A DNA stretch of 64,000 bases from an uncultured bacterium (GTDB taxonomy: Bacteria; Patescibacteriota; JACMRA01). Both the position numbers and the translations under genes were made by a program. The notes below the pieces were generated by a model. That model was not told the origin of the DNA. It made no database searches and saw only the letters and a list, made by a program, of their open reading frames with translations. The stretch spans positions 1,056,001-1,120,000 of the forward strand of contig OY969926.1 in NCBI GenBank assembly GCA_963704645.1, written 5' to 3'. Positions 52,099 through 60,303 of this stretch are shown one piece after another (within the stretch, counting starts at the first letter, position 1; the number at the start of each line of letters is the position of its first letter).

Positions 52099-52341
52099 TT
52101 ATTTTGGTAGTTCCTGCTGGGGCTCCACAGCTTTTGGTAATAATGTATCAAGTGGATCTACATGGGCTGTAAAACCGCTTGGGAAATTAAATGGAGAGTT
52201 TATCAGTAAATTTGCATCAGGTTGATTATTTTTTACCACACTTGTCTGTTGATAAAAATCAGTCACAAGGCCGCTACTAGAATTCTTCAGCATATTTATT
52301 TGCTCCTTAAGTTTAAATCCAGCTTTGTTTAAGCCAAACAC
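52099..52341 (-). CDS. Small hypothetical protein
   Basis: 80-aa ORF after rnhB, followed by a hairpin and T-run. Confidence 0.4.
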   Translation of the reverse strand: MFGLNKAGFKLKEQINMLKNSSSGLVTDFYQQTSVVKNNQPDANLLINSPFNFPSGFTAHVDPLDTLLPKAVEPQQELPK

Positions 52342-52365
52342 TTAATTCCAAACACATTTTTAAAA

Positions 52366-53244
52366 CTAAGGCAAGTATTTCCCTAAAAAACTTCTGCGGT
52401 GAATTGGAGTAAATCCAAATTCTTTTATGGCCGTAATATGTTTAGCCGTTCCATAGCCCATATTGCTTTGTAAATAATATTCTGGATAGTTTTTGGAATA
52501 TTCAATCATAATTTCATCTCTAAATTGTTTAGCTAAATTGGAAGCTAGAGCTATGCTTAAAAATTTATCATCACCAAAGTTTTCTTCAGTAATTTCTAGG
52601 TTGGCATTTTTAAGAATTGATCCTAATTCGTTCGCTGCTAAAATTTTTTGGATGTTCTCCTTTCCAAGTTTTAAGGATAATAAAATGTGTAAATTCTCCT
52701 GTAAAATTAAATTTAAGAGTTCTACTTGATAACTTTCTTGCAACTTCAAAGTTCCGTCTAAAAATAAATGGCTTTTTAAATATTCAGGGTTTATTTCAGA
52801 AAGGAGGAGAAGACCAAAAGCCAGTAAATGCCGAATACAAACTGCAATTCCATATTCATCAATTAAGCTTGAACTGGCTTGCAAAACTATGTTAAACGGT
52901 GATATTTCCCCAACCTTTTCAGCGACTTCTTTTCTAAATTTCGCAGTGGTTTTTTTGCTATCACGCAACTTTTGCCAGAAGGGTTTTTGAGTAAAAAGGG
53001 AGTCCAAGCTTTGCGTTGACTTAGCAAGTTTATCAAGCTCAATCTCGTGGATATTACTCTCAGTTAGAGCAGTAACAGAGTCTAAAGCGATTGATTTCGT
53101 ACTATTACTATTAATATGCCTGTATGTATAAACCCCCACTTCAACTGGAAGTACTACAAGTCCAACGCAAACAGGACCTGCCACTGGGCCTCTACCCACT
53201 TCGTCTACTCCAACCTGCCATTGTTTTAATTCTTGGATTTCCAT
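52366..53244 (-). CDS. rnhB: Ribonuclease HII with insertions
   Basis: GVDEVGRGPVAGPV, LRDSKK, LDG, GD..F.SIALAS.LAK..RD, GYGT, HRRSF. Confidence 0.95.
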   Translation of the reverse strand: MEIQELKQWQVGVDEVGRGPVAGPVCVGLVVLPVEVGVYTYRHINSNSTKSIALDSVTALTESNIHEIELDKLAKSTQSLDSLFTQKPFWQKLRDSKKTTAKFRKEVAEKVGEISPFNIVLQASSSLIDEYGIAVCIRHLLAFGLLLLSEINPEYLKSHLFLDGTLKLQESYQVELLNLILQENLHILLSLKLGKENIQKILAANELGSILKNANLEITEENFGDDKFLSIALASNLAKQFRDEIMIEYSKNYPEYYLQSNMGYGTAKHITAIKEFGFTPIHRRSFLGKYLP

Positions 53245-53289
53245 ATTTAGGATGTTTAAGCTACGTCCAACTCTTTATTAAAAGCCTAA

Positions 53290-54201
53290 CTACGCCCCAC
53301 TCCATTTTAAAGCTACTTGGCTTATTGGAGAAAGTAAATCTGTTTCTTGCACACTTTCCTTACCATTAATTACAGCAACTAATCTTTCTAGTCCCATACC
53401 TGTGTCTATATTTTTAGCTGGCATTGGCACAATATTTATTGGCTCTTTGCTTGAATCCTTTTCACCCTCAAATTGCATAAACACATGATTCCAAATTTCA
53501 ATTATCTGGTTATCTACAAAATCAAACTTTTGGGAATCTGTTAAATTTGGTAAAATTGTTTCCTGAAAATTAATTGGATGCTTATTACTTAAATAGTAAA
53601 TTTCGCTGCATGGCCCACATGGCCCACGATAAGGCAAACCCCACCAATTGTCTTTACCACTCATAGTTCTAACTCGGTAAACATATTTAGTGCCAGGTAA
53701 ATTAGCTGAAACATCATCAAAATTGTATTCTGCACCAACATCGGCTGTAATTCCTACTTTTGCGAATTGCTTAACCCAAGCTTGAATAGCTTCATCATCT
53801 TGCTCAACCGATTCATTTCCTCTGTAAACGGTTACATACAAGCGTTCAGGATCTAGCCCTAGCCAATCTTTGGACGTTAAAAATTCAAAACCCCAAGCTA
53901 TAGATTCTTGCTTAAAATAATCACCTAAAGACCAAGATCCTAACATTTCAAAGAAAGTAAGATGCCTGTTATCTCCTACTTCTTCAATATCATCAGTACG
54001 AACACACTTTTGTGAATTAGCTAGTCGTGTTCCACTTGGATGAGGTTGTCCCATTAAAAACGGAACTAGCGGTTGCATTCCGGCTGTATTGAATAAAACG
54101 GTAGGATCTTCTTTGGGAACAAGTGCAGCTGAAGGCAAAATGGCATGACCTTTACTTGCGAAAAAGTCTATGAATTTCTGACGAATAACTTTGCCTTCCA
54201 T
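53290..54201 (-). CDS. alaS: Alanine--tRNA ligase, catalytic domain only (303 aa)
   Basis: DPTVLFNTAGM, QKCVRT.DIEEVG..RHLTFFEMLG, GPCGPCSEI, EIWN.VFMQ, IDTGMGLERL, then a stop about 28 codons later. Confidence 0.93.
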   Translation of the reverse strand: MEGKVIRQKFIDFFASKGHAILPSAALVPKEDPTVLFNTAGMQPLVPFLMGQPHPSGTRLANSQKCVRTDDIEEVGDNRHLTFFEMLGSWSLGDYFKQESIAWGFEFLTSKDWLGLDPERLYVTVYRGNESVEQDDEAIQAWVKQFAKVGITADVGAEYNFDDVSANLPGTKYVYRVRTMSGKDNWWGLPYRGPCGPCSEIYYLSNKHPINFQETILPNLTDSQKFDFVDNQIIEIWNHVFMQFEGEKDSSKEPINIVPMPAKNIDTGMGLERLVAVINGKESVQETDLLSPISQVALKWSGA

Positions 54202-54219
54202 ATTTACGGTTTTGAGTAA

Positions 54220-55299
54220 TTAAAACTGACTAATAATTTTTACTGTGGTGGTTGTTAATTCAGGATCTGGTTTTCCACCCATAGCAGGATCTGAACCTTC
54301 GGCTATTATTGGGTTAACTTTTTCAACAATTTGATCTAAAATGCTAAGACTGGAATCGTCTACTGTGCCAAAAACAGTGTAATCAGCTGGTAATACAGTT
54401 TTATCTAAAGTAATAAAGTATTGACTTGTTGCAGAATTTGGAGCAGAAGTTTTAGCCATTAAAATTAAACCTTTTCTGTAAGTAATTTGTCCTGTAGTAG
54501 AATTGAAATCAGAGTACAAACTAGGGGCACGAAGTTCCGGAGTGTTAGTTAAAACTTGAGCATTTCCTTCAGTTTTGTATTGAGGAGATTTTCCATCTTT
54601 CCAAATCTCATCTGGAACCTGATTGCCGCTAGCAGTTTCGCCGCCTGTTCCATCCTCCTTAGGATCACCACCTTGTAAAACCTTGAAATTATCTACTTCT
54701 ACAATTCTGTGTGGTCTATTTCCATCATAAAACTTACGACTAGTTAAACGTACAAAGTTTTCTACTGTTGCAGGTGCATATTCTTTCTTTAAAGTTAGGT
54801 TGATTGTTCCAAAATCTTTCACATCCATAGCAATTTTCCACTCTGAGGTTGAGTCAATTTTTAAGACTGAATTTTCCTGTTCAATTTGTTTAGCTTTTGC
54901 CTCTGCAGTTTCTTTGGCTTTTGTTTCATTTTCTTTCCTAATTCTAGCTGCAATTGCTTCGTCAGTGTTGTTTAAAACGTGAGGAATATATATAAAGCTA
55001 ACACTTAAAATTATAGCAATAAAAACAACCCCAATTAATACTGAAATGGCCTTATTTTGTAGGTTTTCATCTTTTAATAATTCTGCATATTTATAGTTTT
55101 TGTCCTTAGCAGATTCCATTTTTTCAGCTTCCATAGTTACTACTTTTTGTTCCATTTTAACTGGTTGTGTGGTAACTTTTTTTGTAGGTTTTGCTGAAAT
55201 TTCAGATGTTTTTAATTCAGGTTTAGTAGTTTTAGCCGAAGTGTTTTTGCTACCAGAAGTTTTTTTAGTAGTTTTAGAAGTTTTATTATTAGAAGCCAT
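54220..55299 (-). CDS. Membrane-anchored cyclophilin-type peptidyl-prolyl isomerase
   Basis: APATVENF, FYDG...HRIV, QGGDP..GTGG, SATSQYFI, YTVFG; one TM helix. Confidence 0.92.
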   Translation of the reverse strand: MASNNKTSKTTKKTSGSKNTSAKTTKPELKTSEISAKPTKKVTTQPVKMEQKVVTMEAEKMESAKDKNYKYAELLKDENLQNKAISVLIGVVFIAIILSVSFIYIPHVLNNTDEAIAARIRKENETKAKETAEAKAKQIEQENSVLKIDSTSEWKIAMDVKDFGTINLTLKKEYAPATVENFVRLTSRKFYDGNRPHRIVEVDNFKVLQGGDPKEDGTGGETASGNQVPDEIWKDGKSPQYKTEGNAQVLTNTPELRAPSLYSDFNSTTGQITYRKGLILMAKTSAPNSATSQYFITLDKTVLPADYTVFGTVDDSSLSILDQIVEKVNPIIAEGSDPAMGGKPDPELTTTTVKIISQF

Positions 55300-55589
55300 A
55301 TTTTGACAAAAGTATTGTTTAGTTGGTATACTACATCAGACAGATTCAGCCAAGTTAGTCAAGTATTTAATCTTGAAACGCATCACCGTAGAGTGTTTTG
55401 GCCCAACTCAGTTTAAAATTTTTTCCAAGCCGAATAAGGCCTTGCATGTTGTGCACCCAAAACATTACGATATATAGAACCAATCTATTCAAATATCTTA
55501 AATAATGTTACATCAAATTAACTCTTCAGAACTTCTGTTGATGCCGTTTACTAGGTAGTAAAATACCAAACCAAAACCACTCTATATTC

Positions 55590-57753
55590 ATGTCCAAATT
55601 TACAATAGCCCAAGCTTTAGCTTCTAATAAAGTACCAGAAAATACAGACGAACCAAGAAAAAAGAAATCTTCGGCCGATAGAAAAAGGCTTACTATCGGT
55701 TCAGCTAAAGTTACCAAAATTAAAGTTCCAAAAATTACTAAAATTTTTAAAGCTAAGGAAGTTGTTAAAACTGAAGAAGAACTAGCAGAAGAAGCAAAAA
55801 AAGTTCCGGTAAAACTAACCAGAGCAGCCTTAGCCAGAAAGGCCAACCCTAAAGAACTTGTTACCAGAAAAGGTATACTTGGATTGAACCTTGTTTCAAC
55901 TGCCGACACCAACCGTTTAGCAGCCTTGGAAGACGATTCTATTGAGCAACGTGGAGGCAGAAGATACCGTGTAACAGACGATGGTGTAAAAATTAAAATG
56001 AAGAAAGTTACTAAGCGTAGAATTAGTAAAAGTTCTGGTAAAGTTTTAAAGAAATTCATTGAAAACGATGCTTCTTTATACCCAGAATTTCAAAGACAGC
56101 CTTTAGATTGGCAGGCCAATGTTGTAGATACAATTAAGCAAGCTATTACCAGAGGTTTTGTTACCGAAGACGAGCTGTTATTCATGTTACCAAGGCCAGA
56201 AGAAAATATTAGACTTTTGGAAGACTTGTACGATTTAGCCGAAGACAGTGGGGCCGGAATTAAACTAGATAATACTTTAGATAGTTTGTGGGACACTCTA
56301 GAAAACGAGGATGAAATGAAACGCCGTGAAATGGAATTGGCTGAAAAGCTTTCAGGTTCCTTGGCAGGAGATGTTGGTGGTGACGAACTAAAAGATGATT
56401 CTGTTCAAAACTATATTAGAGATGTTTCAAGGTACCCTGTGCTAACTAAAGAGCAGGAAGTGGAATTAGCCAAAAGAATTGAGCAAGGCGACCAAAGCGC
56501 CAAACGTGAATTAACTTATGCCAACCTTAAATTAGTTGTTCATAATGCCAAAAAATACATGGGCAGAAACCTTGCCTTTCTAGATTTAATTCAAGAAGGA
56601 AACATGGGTTTGTTCCGTGCTGTAGAAAAATTTGATTGGAGACGTGGCTATAAGTTTTCTACTTACGCCAGTTACTGGATTGACCAAAGTATTAGAAGGG
56701 CACTTAGCCGACCAAAGCAGACCAGTGCGTTTGCCTGTTCACGTTGAAGAAAAACTTAACCGTTTCAAAAAAGAAAAGCGTGCTTTAATTGACGAACTGG
56801 GAAGAGAACCAACCGACGACGAGTTGGCAGAAAAGCTAGAACTAGATATGGACACCATCTTCTACTTCAGAAGAATTAGCCAAGACACAGTTTCTATAGA
56901 TACAATGATTGGTTTTTCTGATGACAGTGATACTTTAATGGTGGAAATGATTGAGGACGAAAACACAGCTCCGCCAATTGAAGTAGCCAGTAACAGAATT
57001 TTACGTGGTCATGTAATGAAAATTATTGATGACGTTTTAGAACCTCGTGAAAAGAAAGTAATTTTATTAAGATTTGGTTTAGATGGAACTAATGTTTCCC
57101 ACACTTTAGAAGAAATTGGAGAAGTTTTTCATGTTACCCGTGAACGTGTTCGCCAAATTGAAGAAGTAGCTTTAAACAAAATTAGGCAACACAATGAAAG
57201 TTTTAAATTAGTAGATTTCTTGGAAGGTGTTCACCCACAAACCTTTAATAATGAAGAGGTTAAAGCTGTGGATGTAGACAAAGAAATTCAAATTGGAAAG
57301 AAAATTCCTTTAGAAGTTTTAGTAGAGCAAATTGTACACCAAATTGTAAGCCAAGAGTCAGCTTTGTTCTTTATTAAAGGCGAAATGGGAAGCGGCAAAA
57401 CCAGAGCAGTACAGGACATTTGTAAGAAACTAGGAACAGAAGTAGAAGCAACGTCCCCTACTTTTGCCCTACTTCAAAAGTACCAATTGGCAACATCAAG
57501 CGCTGCCAAACAAAACGCCCAAATGGAAAATGTAGCCCATTTAGATTTACACAGGTTAAAAACTATAACCAAGGAAGACGAAGGTTGGATTGAAGAAGAA
57601 ATGGTAAACACCCAACAAGTTGTATTTGTTGAATGGCCAGAAAAACTTCTAAAAAACCAAGGTTTTATTCAATTCATAGGAAGAAAGTTCTACATAATTG
57701 AAGCCAAAATAGGCAAAAAAGGCGACCACTACTTCAGAATCAGAGAAGATTAG
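55590..57753 (+). CDS. rpoD: Primary sigma factor RpoD with one extra base near 56700-56706, C-terminally fused to a TsaE-like ATPase
   Basis: First ORF: [43 protein letters not shown]. Second ORF resumes [12 protein letters not shown]...[17 protein letters not shown], then [24 protein letters not shown]. Confidence 0.9.
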
Positions 57754-57898
57754 TAGCGGAGACCACCGTGTCTCCATTTATACAAAAACAAAAACGTAGG
57801 AGAGGGATTTATCCTCCCTCATTGGGGAAACAAGGAACGATTGAATTCATGTTGGTATTGATATATAACGTTTTGTAGAGGAGGGCTCCTGCCCTCCA
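57753..57898 (+). repeat. Cluster of GTAG-type REP-like hairpins
   Basis: gtagcggagaccaccgtgtctcc (57753), gtaggagagggatttatcctccctc (57796), gtagaggagggctcctgccctcc (57875). Confidence 0.65.
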
Positions 57899-57946
57899 TT
57901 GTTGTTTTGTATGAACATGTAGCATCTCAATTTATGCAAAAACGTA

Positions 57947-58865
57947 GGGGAAAGTACCCCTATTTAGGGGTCAAGCCGAAGGCTTGGGGGTAGTTTTAAA
58001 TTAATACAAGCATCTATTCCCCTCTTGAAGGGTGGCAACTTCCAAGGGTTCCCGAAAATTTTAATTTTTGGGATGAAGTTGTCGGGGTGGATTCTTAAAG
58101 AATGCAGCTTCAGGAGTAACTATAAAATTTACAAAACAAACCTCCCTCAAAATTAATAAAAATAATGAGGGAGAGGTGCTTTACTACCACTTGTTTAGCC
58201 AGTCTTTGACTATGTGAATGATAGCTCTTCCGCCATCTCTAACCAACGGATGATTTGCTGTGTTGAAAATTAAAGTTGCACCGCTGGTGTACTTTTGAAT
58301 TTTTTTAGGGGTCAATTTAGTCCTTTTGAACTTGTTAATTTTAGACATAATATAAATGTAAAATAGCCCTAACCTATAGAAAACAGAAAAATAAAACTTT
58401 ATTTTGTCTAGTATTACATATAACAAACTAGACATTAGCACTTTTTATTTAAGTAAAGTTTTTATAATTAAATGTTCACTTTATCTTGTATTAAAAGGCT
58501 TTGTGGGTATTTGGTAAGTAGTATTATTTGACAACAGGAAATTTTTGTTTTAGTATGAATTTAGTATCTTACCTCTAAATGAATGTGCTCTATTTCTTAG
58601 GGCTTGTTTTAGTATTTAAATAATTTATGATGTGGTCAAGCAAAATTTACGCTCTTATCTCTGAGTTTGTCTATTTAGTTTTACTTTATCTAAATTTATT
58701 AAATTCTCCACTAGATGTAGTGAACTAGAAATTTAACTACATCTAGTATTATATAAATATTTTAATAATAAATGTAGTAGTATATTTAGATTTTTGGATT
58801 GTATACTTAAACGCAAAACTACCCCCAAGCCTTCGGCTTGACCCCTAAATAGGGGTACTTTCCCC
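57947..58865. repeat. Perfect 51-bp inverted repeat pair enclosing 817 bp
   Basis: 57947-57997 is the exact reverse complement of 58815-58865. Confidence 0.92.
58184..58348 (-). CDS. Small basic protein (54 aa)
   Basis: MSKINKFKRTK...RAIIHIVKDWLNKW, followed by a hairpin and T-run at about 58130-58176. Confidence 0.5.
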   Translation of the reverse strand: MSKINKFKRTKLTPKKIQKYTSGATLIFNTANHPLVRDGGRAIIHIVKDWLNKW

Positions 58866-58922
58866 AACACAGGAGGATAAATCCTTCCCCTACAAAAAAT
58901 TCACTTGAATTACATCTCAACT

Positions 58923-59002
58923 TTGACACAAAAATAAAAAATGTTTAATATTATAGTACATTTTCCCATTGGGACGACCTCTTTTTAGAGGGTTATTTTT
59001 TT
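58923..59002 (+). ncRNA. Putative promoter plus small RNA, unit 1, convergent with toxin 1
   Basis: TTGACA-17-TAATAT, hairpins TCCC/GGGA and CCTCT/AGAGG, then a T-run. Confidence 0.55.
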
Positions 59003-59403
59003 ACTAGAAATTCTATAAATTTATTTTGAATATTCTGAAATTCGTTTACACCCACTTTAGAAGTTGAATATTGTAATCTTTTAGCATCGAAAGATCTGAT
59101 CTGGCTAAAAACTAAGTAGCTGCAAGACCCTCTAATTTCTAATTTATAAAACCAGCTTCCAACTTTTTCTTTAGAAGTTAAAGGAATGCCAATAAAACTT
59201 TCTTTATTAAGCTTTTTTAGTATAAACACAGGTCTTAAAAATAGCTTTTCCGAATAGTTTGAATTATTTTTTCCATTTATTTCTCGACCAATATTTTGAC
59301 CAAACACACAATACCAAATTTCTCTTTCTTCAAACAAAGGCCGAAGACTATTTTGCTGTATTTTAAATTTTAATTTAATCCAAGTTAGAAATTCTTCCCA
59401 CAT
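58993..59403 (-). CDS. PemK/MazF-family toxin-like endoribonuclease 1
   Basis: EREIW...GQNIGREINGK...RPVFILKK...GIPLTS...SQIRSFD.KRL. Confidence 0.88.
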   Translation of the reverse strand: MWEEFLTWIKLKFKIQQNSLRPLFEEREIWYCVFGQNIGREINGKNNSNYSEKLFLRPVFILKKLNKESFIGIPLTSKEKVGSWFYKLEIRGSCSYLVFSQIRSFDAKRLQYSTSKVGVNEFQNIQNKFIEFLVKK

Positions 59404-59530
59404 TAAATAATTCCTACAAAAGTTTTAAAGTTAGTCTAAAAAAGTTTGGTCAAAAGTTGGACTAATTGAGTTTAAAAAGATAAACGTGCAATTATTAAAA
59501 ATTAGTTTCCACAAGTCTTATGCTGAAACT

Positions 59531-59617
59531 TTGACACAAAAATAAAAACCCATTAACATTAGTAAATAAATTGGGATTACCCATGTACCTCTGGAAACAG
59601 AGGTTAATTTATTATTT
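59531..59617 (+). ncRNA. Putative promoter plus small RNA, unit 2, convergent with toxin 2
   Basis: TTGACA-17-TAACAT; TGGG-ATTA-CCCA; ACCTCTG-GAAA-CAGAGGT; ATAAATT/AATTTAT closing stem. Confidence 0.6.
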
Positions 59618-60004
59618 AAATATAACTTCAATGACATATTTTTTTATTTGATTTAATTCTGCTGTGGAAAGCTGAGCAATTTTCTTTCTAAACCGTTTAG
59701 AATCTAACGCTCTTATTTGCGAAACTAAAGCTGAATAGTATTGACCGCCGTAGCTAATTTTAAAATAGTATTTATTTTCTTTTAGCTTTGAGCTGATAGG
59801 AATAGCTAAGCAAAACCTACTATTAAATTTTTTTACTACGACAATTGGCCTTACAAAATTAAGACCTTTTCCATTTTCCTCATCTCCCAAGTTTTTACCC
59901 AAATTAACCCACCAAATTTCACCTTCATTATAAAAATAAGGTCTGAAGTTGTTTTCTTCAATTTTAAATTTTAATTTAATCCAAGTTAGAAATTCTTCCC
60001 ACAT
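59612..60004 (-). CDS. PemK/MazF-family toxin-like endoribonuclease 2
   Basis: GEIWW.NLG.NLG.EENGKG..F.RP.VVVKK...AIPISS...SQIRALD.KRF. Confidence 0.88.
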   Translation of the reverse strand: MWEEFLTWIKLKFKIEENNFRPYFYNEGEIWWVNLGKNLGDEENGKGLNFVRPIVVVKKFNSRFCLAIPISSKLKENKYYFKISYGGQYYSALVSQIRALDSKRFRKKIAQLSTAELNQIKKYVIEVIFK

Positions 60005-60095
60005 TAAATAATTCCTACAAAAGTTTTAAAGTTAGTCTAAAAAAGTTTGGTTCATAGTTGGACGAATTTGAGGGCAAAAGACTTACCTTACAACT

Positions 60096-60177
60096 TTGAC
60101 ACAAAAATAAAAACTATTTATTGTTCATAGAACAAATTTGCAACAGCCACGTACCCCTTATTTGGGGTTAATTTATT
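60096..60177 (+). ncRNA. Putative promoter plus small RNA, unit 3 (orphan)
   Basis: TTGACA-17-TATTGT; TTGC-AACA-GCCA; ACCCC-TTATTT-GGGGT; TAATTTATT. Confidence 0.55.
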
Positions 60178-60193
60178 GGCTTAAAATTTAACT

Positions 60194-60277
60194 TTGACGC
60201 ACTAGTAAAAATTATTCAGTATTGAACAAATTGGGATTACCCACAGCACCTCTAATAATAGAGGTATAATTTTGTTC
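60194..60277 (+). ncRNA. Putative promoter plus small RNA, unit 4 (orphan)
   Basis: TTGACG-17-CAGTAT; TGGG-ATTA-CCCA; ACCTCTA-ATAA-TAGAGGT; GAACAAATT/AATTTTGTTC closing stem. Confidence 0.55.
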
Positions 60278-60303
60278 TAATTTAGAACTAGCTAATCTCC
60301 CTT

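Noticed and set aside
19325-54201. TAG recoding or readthrough, since all three N-terminal gene halves end in TAG
   Set aside because: Another stop follows within 1-3 codons in each case, and many complete genes here also end in TAG.
58350-58810. Replication origin in the AT-rich gap
   Set aside because: No convincing TTATCCACA cluster and no dnaA or dnaN nearby.
58915-60280. CRISPR array or integron attC sites
   Set aside because: Repeats are promoter-like and irregularly spaced; no cas or intI gene and no attC core sites seen.
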